Positions 6,958 through 16,909 of a stretch of DNA of 48,904 nucleotides are shown in pieces. The notes below the pieces were generated by a model. That model did not search any database and was not told the origin of the DNA. It saw only the letters and a list, made by a program, of their open reading frames with translations. How positions within the stretch are numbered: the stretch's first letter is position 1; each line of letters starts with the position of its first letter. A program made the translations under genes and the position numbers. Location of the stretch: positions 1 through 48,904 of the forward strand of contig CAYTZA010000001.1 of assembly GCA_964442365.1 (NCBI GenBank), read 5' to 3'. This DNA is from an uncultured Candidatus Saccharibacteria bacterium (GTDB lineage: Bacteria > Patescibacteriota > Minisyncoccia > Phycocordibacterales > DAORIS01).

Positions 6958-8138
6958 GAAAAAAGAAATCCCATAAAAAGTATGTTCTGCTTGGTAGTGG
7001 AATAGGTTTTATGGTGTGTTTTTTTGTACTGTCGTATGCGATATTGCCAGATTTTTTTAGAAGTTCATATGAAGCTTTAGCTCAGCCATCTGCTACTACT
7101 ACACAAAAAATAGTACCAAAACGTATTGTTACGCATATTCCTACTCCATCAGCAGTTAAAGCGATATATATGACCAGTTGGGTTGCTGGTACTTCAGATA
7201 TACGTAGACCACTTGTATCACTTATCGATGAAACAGAAATCAATTCTGTAGTTATAGATATTAAAGATTACACAGGAGAGATATCTTTTGAGGTCAATGA
7301 TCCTTTTTTACAATCTGTTGGTTCAGGTTCTCGTCGTATTGTAGATATCGATGATTTTATAGATTTACTTCATAGTAAGGGTATATATGTAATCGGTCGT
7401 ATTAGTGTTTTTCAAGATCAATATTTTGTAAAAAAACATCCTGAATTTGCGGTAAAGAAAAATAGTGATCGCACTGTCCCATGGGCAGATCGTAAAGGTA
7501 TACAGTGGCTTGATGCCGGCTCACATGATGTATGGGATTATATTGTCGCTATTGGTAAAGAGGCGTATGGCCGTGGTTTTGATGAGCTTAATTTTGATTA
7601 TATTAGATTTCCTTCAGATGGAAATATGAACGATGTTTATTATCCGTGGAGTGGAACTACTACAAAATCAGTCGTGCTTAATAGTTTTTTTGAACATATA
7701 AAATCGGTATTTTCTCCTCTTTCTATTCCAATCTCCGCTGATCTTTTTGGGATGACTACAACCAATACTGACGATTTAAATATTGGGCAAGTACTAGAAC
7801 ATGCTCTTGTTAATTTTGATTTTGTAGCGCCTATGGTCTATCCGTCACACTATCCTCCAGGGTGGAATAACTTTAAAGATCCAGAAAGTTATCCTTATGA
7901 AGTAATTAATATTTCCATGAAAGCTGCTGTTGATCGTGCCAATATTATAGGTGTCAGTCCTTTGAAGCTTCGTCCTTGGTTACAGGATTTTGGATTACGA
8001 ATGTCTTATGGTGCAAAAGAGGTAAAAGCCCAAATACAAGCTACTGAAGATGTTGGTCTTACTAGTTGGATGCTGTGGAATGCTTCTAATAAGTATACAA
8101 AAGGTGCTTTATCGCAAGCCTCAACTACGATACAATAG
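6954..8138 (+). CDS. Putative TIM-barrel glycoside-hydrolase-like protein (GHL/DUF4015-type) with an N-terminal membrane anchor
   Basis: 394-aa ORF with an N-terminal TM helix. The strings VKAIYMTSW...INSVVIDIKDYTG...FDELNFDYIRFP are typical of this uncharacterised glycosidase-like family. Assignment is by recollection of the family, not by search. Confidence 0.6.
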   Translation: MRKKKSHKKYVLLGSGIGFMVCFFVLSYAILPDFFRSSYEALAQPSATTTQKIVPKRIVTHIPTPSAVKAIYMTSWVAGTSDIRRPLVSLIDETEINSVVIDIKDYTGEISFEVNDPFLQSVGSGSRRIVDIDDFIDLLHSKGIYVIGRISVFQDQYFVKKHPEFAVKKNSDRTVPWADRKGIQWLDAGSHDVWDYIVAIGKEAYGRGFDELNFDYIRFPSDGNMNDVYYPWSGTTTKSVVLNSFFEHIKSVFSPLSIPISADLFGMTTTNTDDLNIGQVLEHALVNFDFVAPMVYPSHYPPGWNNFKDPESYPYEVINISMKAAVDRANIIGVSPLKLRPWLQDFGLRMSYGAKEVKAQIQATEDVGLTSWMLWNASNKYTKGALSQASTTIQ

Positions 8139-8142
8139 TTAC

Positions 8143-9795
8143 ATGTCTAGTTCTGAAGATAAGGTTAATTATTTTGCTGAGACTGACTCTCGTAATCAGC
8201 ATGTAAAATTTGGTATCAAAGCCTCTGACCGTACTCGTCATGTGTATATTATTGGAAAGACGGGTATGGGTAAGTCTACTCTCCTTGAAAACATGGCTGT
8301 GCAGGATATACAAAACGGAGAGGGTCTAGCCTTTATTGATCCTCACGGTAAGACTGCAGAATTGCTCCTTGATTATGTGCCACAAGAACGTATAAAAGAT
8401 GTAGTATATTTTGCTCCTTTTGATCTCGATTATCCAATTTCTTTCAATGTCATGGAGGATGTTGGTTTTGAACGTAGGCACTTAGTGGCAAACGGGCTTA
8501 TGAGTGCGTTTAAAAAAATCTGGGTTGATGCTTGGTCAGCTCGTATGGAGTATATTTTAAATAATATTCTACTTTCTTTGCTGGAGTATCCAGATTCTAC
8601 ACTGATCGGTGTTAACCGTATGCTAGTTGATAAGGATTATAGAAAAAAGGTGGTAGACAATATTTCAGATCCTTCAGTAAAAGCTTTTTGGACGGATGAA
8701 TTTGCTAAGTACGGTGAAAAATACATGCAAGAAGCTGGTGCTGCGATCCAAAACAAAATCGGACAGTTTATCGCAAATCCAATGGTGCGCAATATTATTG
8801 GTCAGCCACGGTCGTCTTTTGATATGAGAAAGATTATGGATGAGCGTAAAATTCTCATCATTAACCTTTCAAAGGGACGTGTGGGTGAGGGCAATGCAAA
8901 CCTTCTTGGTAGTATGCTTATTACTAAAATATATTTGGCTGCTATGTCTCGAGCAGATTTGTCTCCGACAACGATGAATAAAACGCCAAATTTCTATCTT
9001 TATGTGGATGAGTTCCAGTCTTTCGCCAATGAGTCTTTTGCAGACATTTTGTCAGAAGCGCGTAAATACAAACTTAATCTTACGATTGCTCACCAGTATA
9101 TAGAGCAGATGAGTGAAGAGGTGCGTGCTGCAGTTTTTGGTAACGTCGGTACTATGATTGCTTTTCGTGTTGGAGCTTTTGATGCTGAAATACTTGAAAA
9201 AGAATTTGCTCCATATTTTGAAGCGCAAGATCTTGTTAATCTTGGTTTTGTGCAGATTTATCTCAAACTTATGATCGATGGTATTTCTTCGCATCCTTTT
9301 TCTGCCAATACTCTTCCTCCGATTCCTAAACCTATTGTTTCTGAAAAAGAGGCTATCGTGGAAGCTTCTAGAGCTAGTTTTGCACAGTCGCGTGAAAAAG
9401 TTGAAGAGGAGATTCGTGAGTGGCACAAACCAATTAACGCTTCTGTAAAACCAATTCCTAAAACCAATATTGTTCCACCAGCACCTCGTGAAGAACCAGC
9501 ACCACGTCAGGAATCTCGTCCTGTAGTGCCAAAAGTTGAACATCGCCCAAAAATAACTATTCCTGTTTCAAAAGAACCAAGAGAGACACTTGTAGCAAAA
9601 CCTCCTGTAAAAAAAGATAGTGGGTCACTAAAGGCCGCTTTAGAAGCTGCACTAAAAAACGCTACTCCTACTTCAACTCAACCCAAAAAAACGATAGAGA
9701 AGACTGAAGAGAAAAGAGATATAAAAACAAATACTGATATTTCTACTAGAGAGGTGCCTGCAGACGTATTAAAAAATATTTTGAAGGCGGAATAG
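8143..9795 (+). CDS. VirD4/TraD-like (type IV secretion coupling-protein-like) P-loop ATPase with a disordered Pro/Lys/Glu-rich C-terminal tail
   Basis: Walker A IIGKTGMGKST; Walker B-like FYLYVDEFQSF; LTIAHQYIEQ. The last ~140 aa are low complexity (PAPREEPAPRQESRPVVPKVEHRPK...). The start is set at ATG 8143 (MSSSEDK), just after the preceding stop. Confidence 0.7.
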   Translation: MSSSEDKVNYFAETDSRNQHVKFGIKASDRTRHVYIIGKTGMGKSTLLENMAVQDIQNGEGLAFIDPHGKTAELLLDYVPQERIKDVVYFAPFDLDYPISFNVMEDVGFERRHLVANGLMSAFKKIWVDAWSARMEYILNNILLSLLEYPDSTLIGVNRMLVDKDYRKKVVDNISDPSVKAFWTDEFAKYGEKYMQEAGAAIQNKIGQFIANPMVRNIIGQPRSSFDMRKIMDERKILIINLSKGRVGEGNANLLGSMLITKIYLAAMSRADLSPTTMNKTPNFYLYVDEFQSFANESFADILSEARKYKLNLTIAHQYIEQMSEEVRAAVFGNVGTMIAFRVGAFDAEILEKEFAPYFEAQDLVNLGFVQIYLKLMIDGISSHPFSANTLPPIPKPIVSEKEAIVEASRASFAQSREKVEEEIREWHKPINASVKPIPKTNIVPPAPREEPAPRQESRPVVPKVEHRPKITIPVSKEPRETLVAKPPVKKDSGSLKAALEAALKNATPTSTQPKKTIEKTEEKRDIKTNTDISTREVPADVLKNILKAE

Positions 9796-10533
9796 GGCAA
9801 TACGAAGAGAGCTTTTGAGGACACCTAGCCATGCATGAGGGTATTCTTTTTTGTGAGAAATAATAAGTTTAATATTTGTTCTGTATAGTTCCAATTTTCT
9901 TTGTTTACTAGCACCTCCAGTTCTTTCGGTATAAGCAACTTCAAAACCTTCAATATTAGAAAATTGGCCAAATTGTCCCATACGAAGCCAGAGATCGTAA
10001 TCTTCTGCTAGATATAGTGCTTTGAATCCTCCAGCACGGATGTAAGCTTCTTTTCGAAACATAACCGTACAGTTCATGAAATTATTTTTGATAAGTATAC
10101 TTCTGCGTATATTTTTATCAGAAACTGGATTTGTGTAGTATTTGAGTAATTTTTCTTGTTCATCGACAATACGAGTTTTTGCCCCTCCTATAAGAACAGT
10201 CTTAGTGTGATTATCAAGAAATGTCTTCTGAATAGAGAGTTTATTGTCTGATATCCAGAAATCATCATCATCTATAATCGCTACGTATTCGCCGAGAGAT
10301 TCTCGTATAGCTTTATCACGAGCTAAACCAGGACCAATATTTTTTTCAAGGACGATGACTTTGGTTCGAGAATCTTTTTCTGACCACCTAGTGGCTTTTT
10401 CTACGGTATTGTCTGTACTTCCGTCACTTATTATAATCAATTCAAAATCGGCATCTTTTTGTTTTAAAACACTTTCAATAGCTCGATCTATATATTTGGA
10501 ACCATTTTTGGTAGCAAGGATTACACTGATCAT
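9769..10533 (-). CDS. Family 2 glycosyltransferase
   Basis: ISVILATKNGSKYIDRAIESVLKQ...ELIIISDGSTDNT and a DDDD(F) DxD region. Confidence 0.85.
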   Translation of the reverse strand: MISVILATKNGSKYIDRAIESVLKQKDADFELIIISDGSTDNTVEKATRWSEKDSRTKVIVLEKNIGPGLARDKAIRESLGEYVAIIDDDDFWISDNKLSIQKTFLDNHTKTVLIGGAKTRIVDEQEKLLKYYTNPVSDKNIRRSILIKNNFMNCTVMFRKEAYIRAGGFKALYLAEDYDLWLRMGQFGQFSNIEGFEVAYTERTGGASKQRKLELYRTNIKLIISHKKEYPHAWLGVLKSSLRIALFRLQNIF

Positions 10534-11417
10534 ATTTGTATCCAGTTACTTGGTATAACATCTCTTGTTTTGACTCTTTTGTCGGCAATCCATTGTTTTG
10601 GAGCGATCACTATTTTTTTATTGTTTGGATTAAGCCATGCTCCCCACCAACTAAAACTTGAATTGGCAATAATATGATGATCACAAGAGCTCATGAGAAT
10701 AATTTCCTCGTAGTCAAACTTTCCATAGTCAGCAGGGTCTGGGCGAGACATGTAGTGATCTTGTACACCAAGGGGTAGTATTTGTGGTAGATGTTCTTTT
10801 GCCCATTCTATATCGTCAGAAAATATAAACACAGAATATGTACCAAGTTTTTCTGTTAGTAGAGCAAGGGCTTTTTTATAATATTCTATATCACACATAC
10901 CAAAACGTTTGCTGATACTTGGATTATTTGCATAATCACCACGTCGAACATGAAGAGAAATTGCTGGTGTAGAAGTTTTGATTGTATTGCGTAGTGATGT
11001 TGCTTGTGTTGTAAGAGGAGTTTTGAGGGTTAATTCTTTCCGTATTTCATCGGCTATTGGAGAAAAGTATTTTTCACTTTGCCAGAATCCTTCTAAATAT
11101 GAATCATTTTGTACAGAAAAATATTGAGGATTAAAAATATATGCTTGGTGTGGGAATATCTTTCTTTTTATTTTTCTTAAAAGTCTCTTTTTAAAAGTAT
11201 GCTGAGCGAGTGATTCTGTTTCGGTGATAAGTCGAGCTTTTATATTGAAATGATCTAATTTGAAATTGCGCACGGCGTCATTTGTCTGGAACTGCCAAGT
11301 GGTATACGTAGTATGATCCAATACTAGTTCAGTATTCTGTTTTGTAGCAAGAGCTCTACCAAAAGCGTATTGGAATAGTTGGTTGCCGAGCCCGCCTACA
11401 AGTTTAATCGTTATCAT
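10530..11417 (-). CDS. GT11-family alpha-1,2-fucosyltransferase
   Basis: Hallmark GT11 motifs GGLGNQLFQYAFGRALA and HVRRGDY, plus SSFSWWGAWL near the C-terminus. Confidence 0.85.
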   Translation of the reverse strand: MITIKLVGGLGNQLFQYAFGRALATKQNTELVLDHTTYTTWQFQTNDAVRNFKLDHFNIKARLITETESLAQHTFKKRLLRKIKRKIFPHQAYIFNPQYFSVQNDSYLEGFWQSEKYFSPIADEIRKELTLKTPLTTQATSLRNTIKTSTPAISLHVRRGDYANNPSISKRFGMCDIEYYKKALALLTEKLGTYSVFIFSDDIEWAKEHLPQILPLGVQDHYMSRPDPADYGKFDYEEIILMSSCDHHIIANSSFSWWGAWLNPNNKKIVIAPKQWIADKRVKTRDVIPSNWIQI

Positions 11418-11421
11418 GTGT

Positions 11422-12612
11422 CTATTGTACTAGAGATGCATAAAATGCAAGATATGCATCGGTCATGTGTTTGAGTGTAAATCTGGTATGAACTTTTTGT
11501 ATAGACTGTTCTCCCATGCGACCATATTCTTCTTTTGACAAAGAAAATAGTGTATTTAGATTAGTAATTAGTTCGCTAGTATTTTCTTTGTTTGTTATAT
11601 AGCCGTTTTGTTCATGCTCTACTGCTTCAGCAACACCACCAACATCAAATGCAACAATTGGTAGACCACAAGACATGGCTTCCAAAATAACCAAAGGAAA
11701 GTTTTCAGCGATAGAAGTAAAGAGTAGGGCATCCGATGCGGAATAATAAAGGGCCAAAGTTTTTTTGTCACTGATATGTGTGATATTCAGAATGTTACTC
11801 TGACTTTCTTCTGGTTTGTGATAGCCAACAATTACAAAAAGTGTATTTGAATCTTGTGCATATGATTTTATAACTTTCTCAGCGTGAACCCATCCTTTCC
11901 AGGGATTTTTTTTAGGATCATCGGCAAGAAACAATACAATTTTTTTATCGTGAGGGAGATTTAGAATATTTCGTGCTTCTTGTTTGTCTTTACGTACAAA
12001 AACTGATGTATCTATGCCATTATAAATAAGGCGTACATCTTGCGTGTCCAGAACTGTTTTTTCCAGTCTTTTTTTTAGCCAGAGTGATGGAGCTACAATA
12101 TGAAGCTTTGATTTTTTATATATTTGAGATTTTCTCCAGGTTAGGTAGTAATCATTGTTCCAGAGAGTACGTGGTTGCATATTAATACTCGGACAAGTAT
12201 ATAGACCATTGCATAGTTTGGTATTTTCTAGTGAGTGAGCGCAGTGTGCTGTAAGAGCCCATTCGTCGTGTAGTGTCCAGATTACGGGTTTTAAAAGGGA
12301 CATTTTTTGGAGAGTAGAAAGATTAAAGAATCTTCCGTGGAGGTTATGACAGTGCACTATATCAGCCTCTTTAAATTCTTTAGTTTTGAGTATCCAGTCA
12401 CTTTTTAAAAGATCATCAGTAGCTAAAAGAAAACCAAGATATTTACGCCATTTTTGTCGAGGAATTATTTTGACTTTTGGATCTTGGCTACGCTTATCAG
12501 CTACAAACATAGAAACAGTATGTCCTTGTTTTTCAAGTGCTTGTTTGATATCCCATGATACTTTAGCGGCTCCACCCATTATATCTGTCGTGCCTATGAT
12601 TAGAATATTCAT
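11422..12612 (-). CDS. GT4 (GT-B fold) glycosyltransferase
   Basis: N-terminal GGAAKV and the C-terminal E..AMSCGLPIVAFDVGGVAEAVEH signature. Confidence 0.85.
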   Translation of the reverse strand: MNILIIGTTDIMGGAAKVSWDIKQALEKQGHTVSMFVADKRSQDPKVKIIPRQKWRKYLGFLLATDDLLKSDWILKTKEFKEADIVHCHNLHGRFFNLSTLQKMSLLKPVIWTLHDEWALTAHCAHSLENTKLCNGLYTCPSINMQPRTLWNNDYYLTWRKSQIYKKSKLHIVAPSLWLKKRLEKTVLDTQDVRLIYNGIDTSVFVRKDKQEARNILNLPHDKKIVLFLADDPKKNPWKGWVHAEKVIKSYAQDSNTLFVIVGYHKPEESQSNILNITHISDKKTLALYYSASDALLFTSIAENFPLVILEAMSCGLPIVAFDVGGVAEAVEHEQNGYITNKENTSELITNLNTLFSLSKEEYGRMGEQSIQKVHTRFTLKHMTDAYLAFYASLVQ

Positions 12613-13508
12613 ATTTTTTGTAACAATAAACGTATTTTTGTTTGTATCTTTTTAAAGAGAGAAGTTTTATATACTTTAACAAACAAATATCTATCTGCTT
12701 CAGAAGATTCTTTTATCTCTTTTGGATGAATAATATATTCTAAACTATTTGTTGGTCTTTCTAGGGACGCATCTTTTGTCTTAGTATGAGTAGAGTCTTT
12801 TCCGAAACCTATGTTACTAACTAAGTTCATATTTGGAGTAATTGATAGGGAGTTATTTTGCCATATAGAAAAGAGCCATTTTGCATCCCAAAATGTATAC
12901 TTGCCACTTTTTAATTGGGTGTAAAATTTAGACCAATATTTATGTTCATCTCCGTGTGTAGTTTTTATAGAGGGGGCATTTTTTAGTGTATGGTCATATT
13001 TTTTCCAAGCACGTTTCCATGTAGCCCAACCCCATGTATTTGGATATCTTGAAAAATAGTAGCTACCATTACCGCGAATATTTCCATCTTGGAAATTGTT
13101 TCCAGAAATCATCATAATTTTTTCATTGGAAGAGTATTTTTCTAGTAGTTCTTGGCAGAAATAAAAGAAATCTTTATGTGGAATGCAATCATCTTCAAAA
13201 ATAATACCATTTTCAACTTGTTCAAAAAACCAAGTTATAGCTGAGGGAACACGTTCATCGCAACCGATATTGTGATCAAGAAAATCAGTGTGTATTTCAC
13301 ATGGCCAATCAATATCTTTAATCACTGACCGAGTCTCTTCGCATAAATTATCTTCGCCAGCCTTATAAGAACGCGGTCCATCTGCAGCAATAAAAAGTTT
13401 AGTAGGTTTTATTTCTCGTATTTTGGCAAATAGAGTACGTGCTTTATCCGGACGATTAAATATTATGAGAAGGATTGGAGTGGTAAATTGAGTGTTATTT
13501 ATTTTCAT
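12609..13508 (-). CDS. GNT-I/GT13-like (HlpA-like) glycosyltransferase
   Basis: PILLIIFNRPDKARTLF...LFIAADGPR and IIFEDDCIPHKDFFYF (EDD motif followed by DFF.YF), as in N-acetylglucosaminyltransferase-I-type GT-A enzymes. Confidence 0.6.
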   Translation of the reverse strand: MKINNTQFTTPILLIIFNRPDKARTLFAKIREIKPTKLFIAADGPRSYKAGEDNLCEETRSVIKDIDWPCEIHTDFLDHNIGCDERVPSAITWFFEQVENGIIFEDDCIPHKDFFYFCQELLEKYSSNEKIMMISGNNFQDGNIRGNGSYYFSRYPNTWGWATWKRAWKKYDHTLKNAPSIKTTHGDEHKYWSKFYTQLKSGKYTFWDAKWLFSIWQNNSLSITPNMNLVSNIGFGKDSTHTKTKDASLERPTNSLEYIIHPKEIKESSEADRYLFVKVYKTSLFKKIQTKIRLLLQKI

Positions 13509-15333
13509 ATTCTTGAAATGATACGGTTGTATAGTATTTATTATATTTTTTTACAAGATTATCAAATGAAATAAATTCTTTTTTGTTTAAATTTATATTG
13601 TAAAATGGTTCGTGTATTATATATTTCGAGTATCTTTTTGCCAGCCAATTACTGTAAGTTTCAAACTCAGAAAAACAAGAGTTTTTATCGGTGTCTATTT
13701 TTTTAATAATAATTTCAAACCATGGATTTTTGGTATCTTTGTGTGTATTTTCTATTTCCTTTTTCATTTCATTTAAAAGACTTTTATTAAAAATCATCAT
13801 ATGACATACAGAAGAAAAATAATTTGGATTTTTGTATTTAAAGATTTTTGTAAAAGTATCATAATAATCTTTATTCCATTCTATGCTTTGTCTTATAATA
13901 AATTTATTTTCTCTTATAAAATCTTGGGGAGAGATAAAAATAGTATCATCGTCTAGTGTTATGTACGAATCAGTTGTTACAAATGAATCTGCTCCAAGTT
14001 TAAGTAATTGTTGAAAAATCCAATTACTACGATTCCATGAATTGAATTTTTCTTTTAGGTTTTGTTTCGTATAAGGTGTAACCGTATCCTCATCTATAAA
14101 AATACAGTTATTTTTTTTACAAAAAGCGATATTCTTATCATTTTTGGGACATATTAAAAATATTTTATTTATTTTATGTTTAATAAACTTTGTAGAGTCT
14201 ATTACATTTTTTGTAATAATTTCATCTTTTAAGATCGTTGGTATTACTATGTCTATGTAATTATTATCCTTTGTCCCATCTTTTAAAAAAGCTATTTTTA
14301 GTTTACTTTTTATTTTTATCTTTATTAAATAATATAATAAAATTATATTGTAGTCTCTGTTTTGAACTATGCTTTTATATATTTTAAGTTTGTTTTTTGT
14401 TCTGTAGTAGATACCAACTAAACTATTTCTTTTAATTATTTTTTGTGGATGTACGCTCAGAGGGACACTTTTTCTGTCTATATTTTGTTCAATAAGTTCC
14501 GTTGTATTTGTAACAAAAACTTGTGATATTTTTTTTATTTCATCAAATAAGTTTTGATTATGTTTACAGCCTTCGATAATTAATCTCTGTACTTCTGGAG
14601 TAAATAGAAAAATAAATTCATCTAGAATTATTTGCCAATTTCTATTTATTTTCCCATCGTTGTATTCGCGCACATAATATGATGGTGTGCTAGTAATACG
14701 ATGTAGATAATTGGTATTTGGACATGTATATGCAATCAATCCATGACAAAGGAAGCGCCATGCAAATCCTTGAGTATCAAAACCGTGTTCGATGGGATAA
14801 CCACCTGCTATCTTGAAAGCTTTTTTGGTAAACATGAATACAGAATAAAGAGGGCAATACTGATTATTTTTTTCAAGGAGACTTTCAAATGGTATTTTTT
14901 CTCCAACAAAACTAAATGTGTCGATTCTTTGGATGTTATTGATATTGTTTTCTAAAAATTTTGTCGAATGATGCAAGCCCACTCCATCACAGTTTTTATC
15001 CATAAGCATGGTGAGCATAGGAGCTAGAGTGTTTGGTGGTAACATGTCGTCACTATCTAAACAAAAGATTACTTCAGATTTTGAATACTCTACAGCTTTA
15101 TTTCTTGTATAACCACCACCTTTATTTTCTTGATTAAAATATGCGGATATATTTTTGTATTTTTTAAGAATATTGTCGATAACCTCTTTTGTATTGTCTG
15201 TAGAACAATCTTCAACTAAAACAATTTCAAAATTATCTAATCCTTGTGCGTAACAAGAAGCAACCGCTTCTTCGAGTGTTTTTTCGCAATTGTAGCAGGG
15301 GATTATGATGGATAATTTTAGGTTTGTGGTCAT
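13495..15333 (-). CDS. Two-domain protein: N-terminal GT2 glycosyltransferase plus an uncharacterised C-terminal GT-A-like domain
   Basis: N-terminus: LSIIIPCYNCEKTLEEAV...IVLVEDCSTDNT...LDSDD. C-terminal half: IDIVIPT...WIFQQLLKLG...LDDDTIF (a second DxD-type region). The coding sequence is extremely AT-rich. Confidence 0.7.
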   Translation of the reverse strand: MTTNLKLSIIIPCYNCEKTLEEAVASCYAQGLDNFEIVLVEDCSTDNTKEVIDNILKKYKNISAYFNQENKGGGYTRNKAVEYSKSEVIFCLDSDDMLPPNTLAPMLTMLMDKNCDGVGLHHSTKFLENNINNIQRIDTFSFVGEKIPFESLLEKNNQYCPLYSVFMFTKKAFKIAGGYPIEHGFDTQGFAWRFLCHGLIAYTCPNTNYLHRITSTPSYYVREYNDGKINRNWQIILDEFIFLFTPEVQRLIIEGCKHNQNLFDEIKKISQVFVTNTTELIEQNIDRKSVPLSVHPQKIIKRNSLVGIYYRTKNKLKIYKSIVQNRDYNIILLYYLIKIKIKSKLKIAFLKDGTKDNNYIDIVIPTILKDEIITKNVIDSTKFIKHKINKIFLICPKNDKNIAFCKKNNCIFIDEDTVTPYTKQNLKEKFNSWNRSNWIFQQLLKLGADSFVTTDSYITLDDDTIFISPQDFIRENKFIIRQSIEWNKDYYDTFTKIFKYKNPNYFSSVCHMMIFNKSLLNEMKKEIENTHKDTKNPWFEIIIKKIDTDKNSCFSEFETYSNWLAKRYSKYIIHEPFYNINLNKKEFISFDNLVKKYNKYYTTVSFQEYENK

Positions 15334-15349
15334 ATACCTTTTGTGATTT

Positions 15350-16882
15350 TCATATTCGACGCACTTTCTTTATAAGAATTTGAAAAAAACGTTCAAAATC
15401 ATTCCAATCTTCTGTTTCAAAAAAACCACATAGTTTATACAAAACAATAAATATACAAAAAGAAGTAAAACCAACAAGTAATAGGGTAAACATGTTTGAA
15501 ATAAGATGTGCTAATACAAATGTATTTAGTATATACAAAATACCTCCTATAAGAATTATTTTAAGCCATGTATGTGTATGGTGTTTGTGCCTTACTCCTA
15601 GTGCAAATATATGTTTCTCTGTATAGAAAAAGGCATATGCTATGGGTCCCAGAGAAAGAAGATACGCCCATGCCGCACCCATAATACCCCAGTGAGGAAT
15701 AAGTATTACAAGTAAGATGGTATTAAGAACTGCGGTACATATTGACATGATTGAAAGTACGCGCAGTTTTCCCATGCCAAGTAAAAATTGAGACAAAACT
15801 CCAGAAAGTGCTAAGAAAAAATTAGTAAAGGCAAGAATTATAAGAATATTAGACGCTGTATCTGCAAAATCTTTGTTGAGCCAATACAAAAGAATTTGAT
15901 AAGAAAATGATACAACCAATACTGTCAGAACAGCGGCCATGATCGTAATAAGACGAAGGGAGCGTATGTAGAGTCTCTGTGTCTGTTCTCGATTTCCGGA
16001 TCCTTCAAAATGCGCTGTCATAGGGAAAACAATATTAGTAAGACTGTTAGATATTGCTGGTATACGATTTGAGGCATTGCCGGGGAGACTATAGTACGTA
16101 AGGTTTGTAGGTCCTACATAAAAAGGAATAATAAGTCTATCAAGATAAGTAAGTGATGATGTAGCGAGATTGTTTAGAAAAGTGACTAGACCAAAACTGT
16201 AACATTTTTTGATTTCTTCTTTATCAAAAATAAATCTAAAACTAATATCAGGCATTAGTTTTTTGGCTATACGTATACCTATCACCATGGATATCAGCAT
16301 AAAAATAAATTGAATAACAAAAAGATCTGTAACTGAGTAGTCATTTATCACCGCAATTACTGTGGTTATGTTTGTGGCAGTTAGTATGCATATGCCAACT
16401 TTTGTTGTGATATCAAATCTCTGTATAGCTGGTGGAATAATCGTATAGACTGAAGAAATAGCATTAATAAAGAATATACCCCCAGCAAGTATGATGGCTG
16501 TTTTATATTCTAAATAATCAATAAAAAAATTTGGAAATATGTATATACCAAGTTCCATGGAGCCAATAACTCCAATTAATCCAATCACACCCATAATCAA
16601 AAAAATAGTTTGTGTTGAACCTATGAGATTTTGTAGTTTTTGTCTGTTATTTTGAGAATTATATTCAGCAATATATTTTGTAACCGCAGTCGAAACACCA
16701 AGGTCTAATAAACCAAGAAGACTAACGATTGTTGTTATGAACACATATATACCAAATTCTTTAGTTCCAAGAGAGAATACAATAATAGGTGTAAAGAAAA
16801 GCGAGAATATGAGTGGCCATATGAAGCCTATAATGCTGTACGAAGCGTTACGGAGGGCCTTTAGTGAATTACTCTGTTCCAC
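15350..16882 (-). CDS. Wzx-type (MOP superfamily) polysaccharide/oligosaccharide flippase
   Basis: 510-aa polytopic membrane ORF with many hydrophobic segments, positioned at the head of the GT cluster. Apparent GTG start. Confidence 0.7.
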   Translation of the reverse strand: MEQSNSLKALRNASYSIIGFIWPLIFSLFFTPIIVFSLGTKEFGIYVFITTIVSLLGLLDLGVSTAVTKYIAEYNSQNNRQKLQNLIGSTQTIFLIMGVIGLIGVIGSMELGIYIFPNFFIDYLEYKTAIILAGGIFFINAISSVYTIIPPAIQRFDITTKVGICILTATNITTVIAVINDYSVTDLFVIQFIFMLISMVIGIRIAKKLMPDISFRFIFDKEEIKKCYSFGLVTFLNNLATSSLTYLDRLIIPFYVGPTNLTYYSLPGNASNRIPAISNSLTNIVFPMTAHFEGSGNREQTQRLYIRSLRLITIMAAVLTVLVVSFSYQILLYWLNKDFADTASNILIILAFTNFFLALSGVLSQFLLGMGKLRVLSIMSICTAVLNTILLVILIPHWGIMGAAWAYLLSLGPIAYAFFYTEKHIFALGVRHKHHTHTWLKIILIGGILYILNTFVLAHLISNMFTLLLVGFTSFCIFIVLYKLCGFFETEDWNDFERFFQILIKKVRRI

Positions 16883-16909
16883 AAAATATATGTTAGCATA
16901 TAAAGGCTT

